Source of the DNA: Thermoplasmata archaeon
Lineage (GTDB): Archaea; Thermoplasmatota; Thermoplasmata; UBA10834
Reading direction: 5' to 3'
DNA: 64,000 nucleotides
NCBI GenBank assembly: GCA_014859835.1
Contig: JACZKW010000104.1
Location: 51,608-115,607 of the forward strand
The position numbers and the translations under genes were made by a program. This document shows, one piece after another, positions 31,899 through 40,823 of the stretch. How positions within the stretch are numbered: the stretch's first letter is position 1; every line of letters begins with the position of its first letter. Below the pieces are notes generated by a model. It ran no database searches. It was not told where the DNA came from and was given only the letters and a program-made list of their open reading frames with translations.

Positions 31899-33140
31899 AT
31901 GCGCATAGAGGTTAAGTATGGGGATGGAAGGGAAGTCGCTGACCTCCCAGACGCGAACATCGGCGAGATTGTGCACCCGAAGGAGTTGCCGCCAGTCGAT
32001 GAAGGCCGACTCCTCGAAGACGCAATAGTCAACCCAATCGGTTCGGACAACCTCGATAACTTCCTGAAGGGAGCCAAGAACGTTCTGGTCATCGTTAATG
32101 ATGCGACCAGACCTACTCCGACAGATAGAATACTGAAGGGGATCAACGCACACCTTGGGAACTCGGATGTCAGTTACCTCATCGCGACGGGTATGCACCG
32201 GGCACCCACAGAGGAAGAGTATCGGTTCATCTTCGGGGAAATGTACGATCAGATCAAGGAAAAGGTAGTAGCCCACGACTCGAAGCATAGCGAGATGATA
32301 TTCATCGGGACTTCGAAGAACGGCACGGAACTCAGATTGAACCGCAAGGTCATGGATGCTGACAGGATCCTTGTGATAAGCAGCGTAGAGCCACATTACT
32401 TCGCAGGATATACCGGGGGCAGGAAATCGTTCCTGCCAGGCGTGGCGGCGTATGAGACCATAGAGCAGAACCACAAGCTAGCCCTGAAGCTGGAAGCCCA
32501 GTCCCTCCGATTGAAGGGGAACCCAGTACACGAGGATATGGAAGAAGTCGTCCACGCTCTGAGAGATAAACGCATTTTCACGATAATGGTTGTCCTGGAC
32601 AAGGACCACCGGATATGCCATGCATCCGCCGGGGACCTGAAACGGGCTTTCCGAGGCGCCGTCAAGAAGGCGGATGAGGTATTCGTCGTCAAGCTCAAGG
32701 AAAAAGCAGATGTCGTGGTCGCGGTGACCGCGTTCCCATATGACATCGACCTTTATCAATCGCAGAAGGCGTTAGATAACGCAAAATACGCTGTGCGGGA
32801 CGGCGGGGTAATCATACTGGTCAGCGCCTGCAGAACCGGGGTGGGTCCAGAAACCTTCCTGAACCTCCTTGGGAGCGCAAATACACCAAAGGATGTGCTG
32901 GACAAGATATCTCACACATACAAGCTAGGCTATCACAAGGCCGGGAAGATGGCTGAGATAGGTCTCAAATGCAGAATGATGGCGGTTACCAAACTCGACC
33001 CTGCAATCGCTAGAAAAGCTCACATGGAGCCGATGCCCACCCTGCAGCAGGCCATCGATACGGCAATATCGGAACTGGGGCCATCATCCAAGGTGACCTT
33101 TATTATGGACGCGGTGATTACTGTGCCACAAGTTCAGTGA
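31899..33140 (+). CDS. LarA-family (nickel-pincer lactate racemase-like, DUF2088) protein
   Basis: The N-terminal DUF2088 and LarA C-domain architecture are present and the 413-aa length fits. Confidence 0.55.
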   Translation: MRIEVKYGDGREVADLPDANIGEIVHPKELPPVDEGRLLEDAIVNPIGSDNLDNFLKGAKNVLVIVNDATRPTPTDRILKGINAHLGNSDVSYLIATGMHRAPTEEEYRFIFGEMYDQIKEKVVAHDSKHSEMIFIGTSKNGTELRLNRKVMDADRILVISSVEPHYFAGYTGGRKSFLPGVAAYETIEQNHKLALKLEAQSLRLKGNPVHEDMEEVVHALRDKRIFTIMVVLDKDHRICHASAGDLKRAFRGAVKKADEVFVVKLKEKADVVVAVTAFPYDIDLYQSQKALDNAKYAVRDGGVIILVSACRTGVGPETFLNLLGSANTPKDVLDKISHTYKLGYHKAGKMAEIGLKCRMMAVTKLDPAIARKAHMEPMPTLQQAIDTAISELGPSSKVTFIMDAVITVPQVQ

Positions 33141-33174
33141 ACACCACTGGCTTCATCACCGATCGGCGAGTCAT

Positions 33175-34284
33175 ATGGCGGACAAGAAGATAAAGGCGGA
33201 CCGGGCAAGGAAACTCGAGAAGGAGATGCTGACTTGCACTTTATGCGGCTTCTGCAAGAGCGTCTGCCCCTACTTCGAAGACAACCAATGGGATCCATCA
33301 GTTGCGAGAGGCAAAGTGATTCTTGCATACGGTCTTGTGCGCGGCGAGATACCCGCTGACGAATCTGTCGTGAAGCGACTATACCAATGCACCACCTGCA
33401 AGGACTGCGAACGACGGTGCCCGTCTAACATCCAGGTAGTCGATATAGTCGAAGCCGTCAGAGCTGACATCGTCGAAGCTGGCTGTGGGCTCGATGCACA
33501 TACTAAGATCAAGGAGAACGTCAAGAAGACGGGGAATCCATATGGTGAATCCGCAAAGGTTGACTTTGGATGGCCCATCAAAGAAGCTGAGGTAGGATAT
33601 TTCGTGGGATGTACTGCGAGATACAGGCTTCCCGAGATTGCCAGACACACCATCTCGATCCTGAAGAAGCTTAAAGTCGATTTCACGATGGTCGAGGAGG
33701 TCTGCTGCGGAAGCACGCTCAGAAGGACTGGCCAGGATGAAAAGATCGCATTGGAACTGATGAGGACGAACGTCGAGGCTGTGAAGAGGTTAGGCGTGAA
33801 GACCCTGATATTCACATGTGCGGGATGCCTCAGGATGTTCAGGAAGGAGTATCCTAAGCACTTGGAACTAGGCTTTGAGGCACTCCATCTCACCGAGTTC
33901 CTTGCAAGAAGGAAGCTAGAATTCAAACCATTCAAGAAGAGGATCGCATACCACGACCCTTGTCACATGGGGAGGCATCTGAAAGTCTATGATGACCCCA
34001 GGAAGATATTGAAGATGATTCCAGAATCGACCTATGTGGAGTTGAAGGATAGCAAGGATTCGGCGAAATGCTGCGGCGGTGGAGGAGGCGTGCGTTCAGC
34101 TGATCCTGACGCTGCTCAGAGGATAGCCTCACGAAGGGTGAAGGCGGCCTCGGATGTTGCTGATATCCTGGTCACCGCATGTCCATTCTGCGTGACCAAC
34201 CTTAGGTTCGGAAATGACCTGATCAAGGTCGATGTGGAGATAAGAGACATAGCTGAAATAGTCGATGACCTTCTCATCGAATGA
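33175..34284 (+). CDS. Fe-S oxidoreductase subunit with 2x[4Fe-4S] ferredoxin motifs plus two CCG domains (HdrD/GlcF/GlpC-like)
   Basis: It has CTLCGFCKSVCP and CTTCKDCERRCP motifs followed by two cysteine-rich CCG repeats (VCCGST, CCGGGGG). Confidence 0.65.
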   Translation: MADKKIKADRARKLEKEMLTCTLCGFCKSVCPYFEDNQWDPSVARGKVILAYGLVRGEIPADESVVKRLYQCTTCKDCERRCPSNIQVVDIVEAVRADIVEAGCGLDAHTKIKENVKKTGNPYGESAKVDFGWPIKEAEVGYFVGCTARYRLPEIARHTISILKKLKVDFTMVEEVCCGSTLRRTGQDEKIALELMRTNVEAVKRLGVKTLIFTCAGCLRMFRKEYPKHLELGFEALHLTEFLARRKLEFKPFKKRIAYHDPCHMGRHLKVYDDPRKILKMIPESTYVELKDSKDSAKCCGGGGGVRSADPDAAQRIASRRVKAASDVADILVTACPFCVTNLRFGNDLIKVDVEIRDIAEIVDDLLIE

Positions 34285-35167
34285 TGACGGTGAGGATACC
34301 GTGGCTGAAAGGAAGAGGACGAAGAGCCTACCATATTCAGTAAAAATCGGCACCTGCACATTGAGATTGGACATCCCTAGGATCATCGGGATCCTGAATG
34401 TCACCCCTGATTCATTTTCAGGAGATGGGATCGCAGGAGACGCTCTCACCGCAATCGAGCGAGGAGAGATGATGTTCGATTCGGGAGCGGATATCGTCGA
34501 CATTGGTGGAGAATCGACCAGACCAGGAGCAGCGCCAATATCGGAAGAAGAAGAGATTCGCAGGACCATCGAAGTCGTAGAAGCACTTGCGAGACGGCAT
34601 CCCGGGAGAATCTCCATAGACACCCATAGACCGAGAGTCGCTGAGAGCGCGATCTATGCTGGAGCAACCATCATCAACGATGTGACAGGTCTCCGTGACG
34701 GTGAATTGAGGAAGGTCGTCGCGGATCATGATGCGACCGCGATCATCATGCATATGAAAGGGGCGCCGAGGACCATGCAGACAAGACCACGATACAGAGA
34801 CGTGGTCACTGAAATCAAGGCCTTCCTTAACGATCGCATAGAAGAAGCGGAGAATGACGGGATAGGATCGAGGAAGATAATGATCGATCCTGGCATCGGC
34901 TTCGGCAAGACCTTGGACCATAACCTACAGATCCTGTCTAGATTGAGGGAGTTCAGGAGCATGGGAAAGCCAATCGTGATAGGCGTCTCGAGGAAATCAT
35001 TCATTGGGAAGATAACGGGGCTGCCTCCAGAGCAGCGACTGGAAGGATCGATTGCAGCCGCAGTCATGGCTGTAAGGAATGGCGCAGACATTGTAAGGGT
35101 CCATGATGTCTCCGAGACGGTGAGAGCATTGAAAGTCGCCCATGCGATTATCCATGCTGAGGATTGA
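34265..35167 (+). CDS. folP: dihydropteroate synthase (pterin-binding TIM barrel)
   Basis: It has GILNVTPDSFSDGG, DIGGESTRPG and GxGFxK-type motifs. Confidence 0.85.
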   Translation: MTFSSNDDGEDTVAERKRTKSLPYSVKIGTCTLRLDIPRIIGILNVTPDSFSGDGIAGDALTAIERGEMMFDSGADIVDIGGESTRPGAAPISEEEEIRRTIEVVEALARRHPGRISIDTHRPRVAESAIYAGATIINDVTGLRDGELRKVVADHDATAIIMHMKGAPRTMQTRPRYRDVVTEIKAFLNDRIEEAENDGIGSRKIMIDPGIGFGKTLDHNLQILSRLREFRSMGKPIVIGVSRKSFIGKITGLPPEQRLEGSIAAAVMAVRNGADIVRVHDVSETVRALKVAHAIIHAED

Positions 35168-35306
35168 CGGACTTTTTGTCAACATATTGAATGTTCAATC
35201 AGAGAATTGTAAGAACCAATGTATATAGTCTGTCGGCCATTCCAATCACCATAAATAGACATCTTGGGCTCGGTGCCTGTGACACAAGCAGAGATGTAAG
35301 AACCGC

Positions 35307-37160
35307 TTGAACCAGGTGATTCCTATGAAGGAGCAAGAGAACGGCAACGGCCCCATTAAGGTCGATGATCGACAGGGAGAGCGGGGGCGAGCGACTCCCT
35401 GGAATCGGGATGGGAAGACCCCCATCGCAGCCTATGGGCTTTTTGCGCTCAAGCGAGCTTTGGGCATGGATATCGGCTACTTCGAGAAGGAGTTAACATA
35501 CCGTGCAGGCCTCGAATCGGCGGCACAATGCCTCAGCGATCTTCTCACATCGCGGGAAGGGGACGACCCCCAAGAACTCCTGGCAGCAATAGTTGATGTG
35601 TGCGCTAGGGGAGGTTTCGGCCAGGTAGCCGTTCACCGAATAGACCCGATCCACCAGCTGATCGAATTCACTTGTCATGATTCTGCGGAGACTATAGAGT
35701 ATCTGCAAAGTGGAGAGATCCAGAGGAGCCCCTCATGTTCATACACATCGGGATTCCTCGCTGGAATTGGCAAGTTGGTTTTTCCTGTAGAAGGCAAGGA
35801 GGAAGGAGACGACGAGATCATTGGAATGGAACTCGAATGCATCTCCAAAGGAGATAGTATCTGTAGATTCATCGTAGCACCGAAATCGGCCCTGGCACAA
35901 ATGGGGTTGAGGGTCCAACCAGTTAGGGAATCCATATCCGAGCACACGCTAAGACTGAATGAAGAGATCCTGGCCCGAAACCTCGATCTGCAGAATCTGA
36001 ACCTGGACTTGGAGAGGCAGGTCAGGAAGAGGACCGAGGATCTGACACGGTCCGAGGAGCAGTACCGGTCTCTGATCGACCTCTCGCCGGACCCGATTGT
36101 AATCTGCACCCTCGACGGCACGATGAAGACGGTCAACGAAGCAGCTTATGAGATGCTCGGCTACAAATCAGACGATGGATCCGCAAACGCAAGGATCAAC
36201 ACTTGTCTTCTGGACGGGAAGGATGCCTGGGACAGGTGCGTCTGGCAGATCGATAAGGAGGGAATCGCCAAGTGCCAGACCATTGTCTTCATTGGCAGAA
36301 ACGGCCAGAAGATCGTCGGAGACGTATCGGCTCGATTCACCACTATCCACTCGGAAAAATGCGTGCACCTAGTCATCAGAGATGTGTCTGAGAAAAGTCT
36401 TATGCGCACAAAGATGGAGCAGGCGATGAATGACTCAGCGTTCTTCAACGACCTATTGTCACATGACATCATCAACTACATGACCGCTTCAATGCACTTC
36501 CTCGATACCATGAGGAGGTCAGCAGATCTTTCGGATAAGGATAGAAAGGCGGTCGGCGTGGTCGCCAAGAATATCAAGGGAGCTTATGAATTGGCCGCCG
36601 TTGTCCGCGATCTATCCAAAGCGGATGCGCTCGACGGGGAAGAAAGCGAATCCAGGGATTTATCCCAAGTCATGTCCGAGGCGGTTGAGGAGACAAGAAC
36701 GATATTCTTCGACAGGAAGATCTCAATTTCCGTGGAGGTGCCCAGGAACGGATGCTATGCAAGAGCCAATTCACTTCTTGGTAGACTCTTCGTCAACTTG
36801 TTGACCAATGCAGCCAAATTCGATATGAGACCAGAGGCCAAAATCAGAGTCACGGCTCAGGTCGAGACCCACAATAACAAAGAGTTCTGGTGCATCAGAA
36901 TAATAGATAACGGCAAAGGAATACCGGACCAAGACAAGGAGAAGATCTTTGAGAGATATTTCAGAGGGGACGACACAGTATCTGGAACTGGTCTAGGCCT
37001 TCATGTGGTAAGAAAGATTGCAGACGCATGTGGAGGAATCATCTGGGCAGAAAACCATGTACCAGGGGATCACACCAAGGGCACCATCGTGGTCGTCCTG
37101 CTTGAGAAGGGCTCAGAGAGAAGAGAGCATCAACTGGCGAAATCAAATAATGCGGGATAG
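35307..37160 (+). CDS. sensor histidine kinase with an N-terminal V4R domain, a PAS domain, and HisKA plus HATPase_c
   Basis: There is a V4R-like Cys-containing N-domain (GFGQVAVHRID...CHDSAE...SCSYTSGFLAG), a coiled-coil linker, a PAS fold, an H-box region, and N/G1/G2 boxes (NAAKF..., DNGKGIP, GTGLGLHVV). Confidence 0.8.
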   Translation: MNQVIPMKEQENGNGPIKVDDRQGERGRATPWNRDGKTPIAAYGLFALKRALGMDIGYFEKELTYRAGLESAAQCLSDLLTSREGDDPQELLAAIVDVCARGGFGQVAVHRIDPIHQLIEFTCHDSAETIEYLQSGEIQRSPSCSYTSGFLAGIGKLVFPVEGKEEGDDEIIGMELECISKGDSICRFIVAPKSALAQMGLRVQPVRESISEHTLRLNEEILARNLDLQNLNLDLERQVRKRTEDLTRSEEQYRSLIDLSPDPIVICTLDGTMKTVNEAAYEMLGYKSDDGSANARINTCLLDGKDAWDRCVWQIDKEGIAKCQTIVFIGRNGQKIVGDVSARFTTIHSEKCVHLVIRDVSEKSLMRTKMEQAMNDSAFFNDLLSHDIINYMTASMHFLDTMRRSADLSDKDRKAVGVVAKNIKGAYELAAVVRDLSKADALDGEESESRDLSQVMSEAVEETRTIFFDRKISISVEVPRNGCYARANSLLGRLFVNLLTNAAKFDMRPEAKIRVTAQVETHNNKEFWCIRIIDNGKGIPDQDKEKIFERYFRGDDTVSGTGLGLHVVRKIADACGGIIWAENHVPGDHTKGTIVVVLLEKGSERREHQLAKSNNAG

Positions 37161-37352
37161 TCGAATATGTCCATCGCGATTTGAACGCGAATTCAGGTCT
37201 ATTGGTCATCTGATACGGAACCACTTCACCGCTGCAGGGCGGTTCCAATTCCGGAACGGTTGGAAAGGGGTTTCCTGAGCATCCCAGCTACAACATCCCA
37301 CCATGAAGATTAATAATGGAGAGGATTATTCCGCCTTCAGTGGGTTGATTAG

Positions 37353-38852
37353 ATGGCTGGTGGTAGTGTGCGACTATTCTCTGTTCTTGTGCTATGCGGA
37401 TTTCTCGTGGCAACATCGATGCCGGTCTTGCCGATGGAAACGGTATCGGCGTATTCTCCGCACGATCCGATTTACATCTCAAGCGACTATGATTTTACCG
37501 AAGAGAACGGGGTTGTGGGAGGAAGCGGGACTTCTGATGACCCTTATATCATATCTGGATGGGAGATCTCAGCCGCATCTGAAACAGCAATCAAAGTGAG
37601 TGACACCACTGCATCATTCATCATAAGAGATATTCATATTACAGTCAACTCGGGGTATTATCCCATTTGGATTACGGATGCAAGCGGATTCACCATCGAG
37701 GGCTGTATGATAGATGGCCAAGGAAGTTCAATAATTATCTGGTTCTGTTCGGATTTTTCGATATCAGGAAATACGCTGGGGGGAAGCGTGATTGAAGGTG
37801 AGAGTCTAGCGCTGGTCGCAATGATGTGCACCAACTTCAGCATTGAATCGAATACAATAACGATGACTGACTCCTATGTCACCATCTCGTACGCAGATGA
37901 TTTCGATATATCTGGGAATGAAGCACCATATTCTTGTTTGAAGATAGACTATTGCACGAACGGGACCATAGCTGATAATTCTGTGGGTAGGGGCATAGAT
38001 CTCTCCGGCAATCCGTGGCTTACCGACTCCATTGATATCTCGGGTAATACAGTGAATGGAAGATCGATCATATTCGTGAAGAATCAAGACCATGCAGCAT
38101 TCAAAGACCAAACACTCGGTGAATTGATAGTCTTCAATTGTTCGTCTGTCGACATCGAAATGCTTGAACTGAATGGCGATTGTGGGATTGATATCCAATT
38201 CTGCGATGAAGTGACAGTTGCGAATTGCACAATCATCGGAGCCGAAACTGGAATAATGATTGAAGATTGCCAGAACGCGACTGTTGCTAGATGCACTGTT
38301 AGGGATAGTTATCGTGGCATCTACGCCCAGACCGCGGAGAGTATTACCCTGAGTCGCAACCTGATTCAAGGATGTAACTTCAGCATCCAATTCGATTCGT
38401 ACGATGCACTAATCCTTGAGAATATGATCCTTGATGCATTTTGTGGTATTGCATTCGAATCTGGAGTCGCTTTGATATGCTCGAATAGTTTCGTCAATGT
38501 GACTCATGGTGGATTGGCTGTTCGACCAACAATATCCTATTCCCTCATCGAATGGAATGCAGAATATCCAATCGGGGGGAACTATTGGTCGAACTACTCT
38601 GGCATAGATGAACAGAGCGGGCCTGGCCAGGACCAGGAAGGAAGTGACGGATTCTGTGATACCCCGTATTCATCTGGCATGGTGACCGACTATTATCCTT
38701 TGTTCGAGATTCCAGATTTGGAATATGGAGCAGCTGAAAGTCCATCATCAGATGGAGACATCCTTTTGTGGACAATGATCATAGGCGTTCTGGTAGGTGC
38801 AGGGGCGATCATTGCAGTGATGCTCAACAGGAGAGGTAGGAATCCTTCATGA
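37353..38852 (+). CDS. secreted, C-terminally membrane-anchored right-handed parallel beta-helix repeat protein
   Basis: A signal peptide is followed by many ~22-aa beta-helix (pectate-lyase/NosD-like) repeats, a C-terminal TM helix and an RRGR tail. Confidence 0.55.
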   Translation: MAGGSVRLFSVLVLCGFLVATSMPVLPMETVSAYSPHDPIYISSDYDFTEENGVVGGSGTSDDPYIISGWEISAASETAIKVSDTTASFIIRDIHITVNSGYYPIWITDASGFTIEGCMIDGQGSSIIIWFCSDFSISGNTLGGSVIEGESLALVAMMCTNFSIESNTITMTDSYVTISYADDFDISGNEAPYSCLKIDYCTNGTIADNSVGRGIDLSGNPWLTDSIDISGNTVNGRSIIFVKNQDHAAFKDQTLGELIVFNCSSVDIEMLELNGDCGIDIQFCDEVTVANCTIIGAETGIMIEDCQNATVARCTVRDSYRGIYAQTAESITLSRNLIQGCNFSIQFDSYDALILENMILDAFCGIAFESGVALICSNSFVNVTHGGLAVRPTISYSLIEWNAEYPIGGNYWSNYSGIDEQSGPGQDQEGSDGFCDTPYSSGMVTDYYPLFEIPDLEYGAAESPSSDGDILLWTMIIGVLVGAGAIIAVMLNRRGRNPS

Positions 38853-38928
38853 GAGTCAAAGCCTTTCATGACCTTCTATTGATTTGGCCAATTCAGATCA
38901 GAAAGATGGAAGATATCTGAACTCCGGT

Positions 38929-38947
38929 CAATTCCCCGCTGATTGAA
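38929..38947. repeat. direct repeat copy 1 (caattccccgctgattgaa)
   Basis: It matches copy 2 at 18 of 19 positions. Both lie in the non-coding stretch just 3' of tRNA-Pro. Confidence 0.4.
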
Positions 38948-39055
38948 TCCGAGTCGTGACACACTGGCTCCTCAGGGGTTCAAATCCCCTTGAGTCCTAA
39001 CCTATCAGACAAAGTGCTGAAAAGTAAATGGTTTGGGGGACAACGGGGCAGAATT

Positions 39056-39073
39056 CAATTCCTGCTGATTGAA
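39056..39073. repeat. direct repeat copy 2 (caattcctgctgattgaa)
   Basis: See copy 1. This copy ends 13 nt from the tRNA-Pro 3' end. Confidence 0.4.
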
Positions 39074-39085
39074 GAAAGAGCCAGA

Positions 39086-39158
39086 TGGGCCCGTCGCGAT
39101 TTGAACACGAGTCACCAGCACCCCAAGCTGGAAGGATACCAAGCTACCCCACGGGCCC
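39086..39158 (-). tRNA. tRNA-Pro (anticodon GGG)
   Basis: The minus-strand sequence gggcccg-tg-gggt-agcttggt-atcc-t-t-ccagc-ttggggt-gctgg-tgac-tcgtg-ttcaaat-cgcga-cgggccc-a folds as a cloverleaf. It has a 7-bp acceptor stem, a 5-bp anticodon stem with U33-GGG-G37, and a T-loop TTCAAAT. No CCA is encoded. Confidence 0.8.
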
Positions 39159-39193
39159 GAGAAGGAAAAAATTTGAAAGAGGGCTCCCTATCC

Positions 39194-39382
39194 TCAATAG
39201 GGAGCCACTTCGTCTATCAGGTCCGCATGCGTGAGGATCATCCTTCGGCAGCAGTATCGATCGAGGTGTAGAGCGTCGAGGACGTCCTTCGGGGGCTCCC
39301 CCATATCGACTCTCTTCACGAATTCCTCGTATGCACTGCCGATGACCTTTCCGCAAGTGAAACATCTGACGGGTATTATCAA
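39194..39382 (-). CDS. rpoN: DNA-directed RNA polymerase subunit N (Rpo10)
   Basis: It has [15 protein letters not shown] ... RYCCRRM and is 62 aa long. Confidence 0.85.
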   Translation of the reverse strand: MIIPVRCFTCGKVIGSAYEEFVKRVDMGEPPKDVLDALHLDRYCCRRMILTHADLIDEVAPY

Positions 39383-39388
39383 GGTAGA

Positions 39389-39787
39389 TCACCTGTACGA
39401 TTTCTGGCGATTCTTCCTTGCACCTCTGCCCAGAGGCGTTTTTGGAAGCTTTCTCCTCGGATCCGACACAAGGAGCGAACGATCGTATTTCATGAACATC
39501 GATTCGAGGTCCTTGTCCTCAAGGAACTGCACCATGCCCTTGGCAATAGCGGTCCTTGAAGCGGAGGCCTGTCCCATTATGCCCCCGCCCTGAACATTCA
39601 CATCGATGTTGACCTTCGATGACAGTTCGCCCGCAAGTGTCAATGGCTCCATGATCTTGGTTCTCGCAAGTGCCGGTTCGAATATCTCGATCGGAACGTT
39701 GTTCACCCGAACCAGACCCTTGCCCTTCCTGACGCTTGCGCGTGCGACAGCGCTCTTCCTCTTGCCGCTAGCAACAACAACCTTCAT
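39389..39787 (-). CDS. rps9: 30S ribosomal protein S9 (uS9)
   Basis: uS9 family conservation is present, with a C-terminal ...RKNRQKSYR tail. Confidence 0.9.
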   Translation of the reverse strand: MKVVVASGKRKSAVARASVRKGKGLVRVNNVPIEIFEPALARTKIMEPLTLAGELSSKVNIDVNVQGGGIMGQASASRTAIAKGMVQFLEDKDLESMFMKYDRSLLVSDPRRKLPKTPLGRGARKNRQKSYR

Positions 39788-40209
39788 TTGTTCAACTCCC
39801 TGCTAGAGCCCAGTTCAAGTGTTATGTCCTTGAGATGTACATACTTGACGAGGTGTGGCTTCTTCGCACTCTCAAGGGTCTCTGGTTTCTGATCCTTGAG
39901 TGATTCAGGGACGCCGACATACACCCTGAGCCGCTTATAGGCGGCTCGTCCAGAGGGTTTCTTGTATTCGAGCATACCCCTGACTGAGCGCTTGAGAATC
40001 GTATCCGCATTGCGTGGATAGTAAGGACCGTGCGTGCCCTGGCCTCGGGACCTCCTTTGCTTGTAAAATGCGAGCAGTTGGACCCTGTTTCCAGAGATAA
40101 TGGCATTCTCGGCGTTCACTATGGCGATCTCCTCACCGCTGAGAAGACGCTTCGCGACATGTGTGCACAATCTTCCCAGAACGAGTCCATCAGCATCTAT
40201 AACCGCCAT
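39784..40209 (-). CDS. rpl13: 50S ribosomal protein L13 (uL13)
   Basis: It has the uL13 signature (IDADGLVLGRL...). The start was taken at the internal Met. Confidence 0.9.
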   Translation of the reverse strand: MAVIDADGLVLGRLCTHVAKRLLSGEEIAIVNAENAIISGNRVQLLAFYKQRRSRGQGTHGPYYPRNADTILKRSVRGMLEYKKPSGRAAYKRLRVYVGVPESLKDQKPETLESAKKPHLVKYVHLKDITLELGSSRELNK

Positions 40210-40213
40210 CAGA

Positions 40214-40579
40214 TCACCCCATAATCCTGACCTTGGAGCCCTTCGGGTTCTTTGCGATGAGCTCCTCAATGGACAGGTTCTGTCCACCAGCATTCTTCAC
40301 TTTATCCTTGGCCTGTCCCGAAAACCTGTACGCGGCGACGGTTAGCTGCTTCGCAAGATCGCCGGACCCGAGCAACTTTCCAGGGATGACGACAACATCG
40401 TTCTCTTCCGCGTAGCGGTTGAGTCTGCTGATATTGACCTCAGCCCAGTTACTTGCTGGTCCCTCCAGACGAATTGCGATGTCTCGCCAGACAGGTGCCT
40501 CGTTAGTCCTGCTCGCGTCCTTCAGACGCTGTATCAGGCTCACGAGGTTGGGATTCGTTTTGTTATTCTTCTTTCCCAT
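40214..40579 (-). CDS. rpl18e: 50S ribosomal protein L18e (eL18)
   Basis: It has an eL18 family pattern and lies in the conserved archaeal order L18e-L13-S9-RpoN. Confidence 0.8.
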   Translation of the reverse strand: MGKKNNKTNPNLVSLIQRLKDASRTNEAPVWRDIAIRLEGPASNWAEVNISRLNRYAEENDVVVIPGKLLGSGDLAKQLTVAAYRFSGQAKDKVKNAGGQNLSIEELIAKNPKGSKVRIMG

Positions 40580-40628
40580 ATCTGACTCCTCCGACAACCA
40601 GAGAGCAGGCGTCTTAATGTGGGAACTG

Positions 40629-40636
40629 TTTATAAA
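40629..40636 (-). promoter_or_regulatory. putative TATA box of the L18e-L13-S9-RpoN operon
   Basis: The sequence TTTATAAA sits about 50 nt upstream of the L18e ATG in an AT-rich intergenic stretch. Confidence 0.3.
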
Positions 40637-40823
40637 GCTTTGTATAGCGACAATAGGCCGGTCCGTCTTATCTGGACAGGGTCAGATGACGTTCTGGAAT
40701 CGGTCGCGGATGGGCCTTCGACACAGACCGTATCCCAAGAGCAACAATTATATGTCGGTCCAACAGAGAATATATACGGAGTAAGTAATACACGGGAAAC
40801 CCAGCTGGGTTCAGGGATTTCAG

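Noticed and set aside
38974-38998. Possible second tRNA gene suggested by a GGTTCAAATCC-type T-arm
   Set aside because: No 5' strand complementary to the would-be acceptor 3' strand (tgagtcc) exists within 120 nt, even allowing G-U pairs and an intron. It is kept only as part of the unexplained non-coding region finding.
38990-39271. 93-aa ORF on the plus strand overlapping tRNA-Pro and rpoN
   Set aside because: It overlaps a well-formed tRNA cloverleaf and the rpoN coding sequence on the other strand, so it is spurious.
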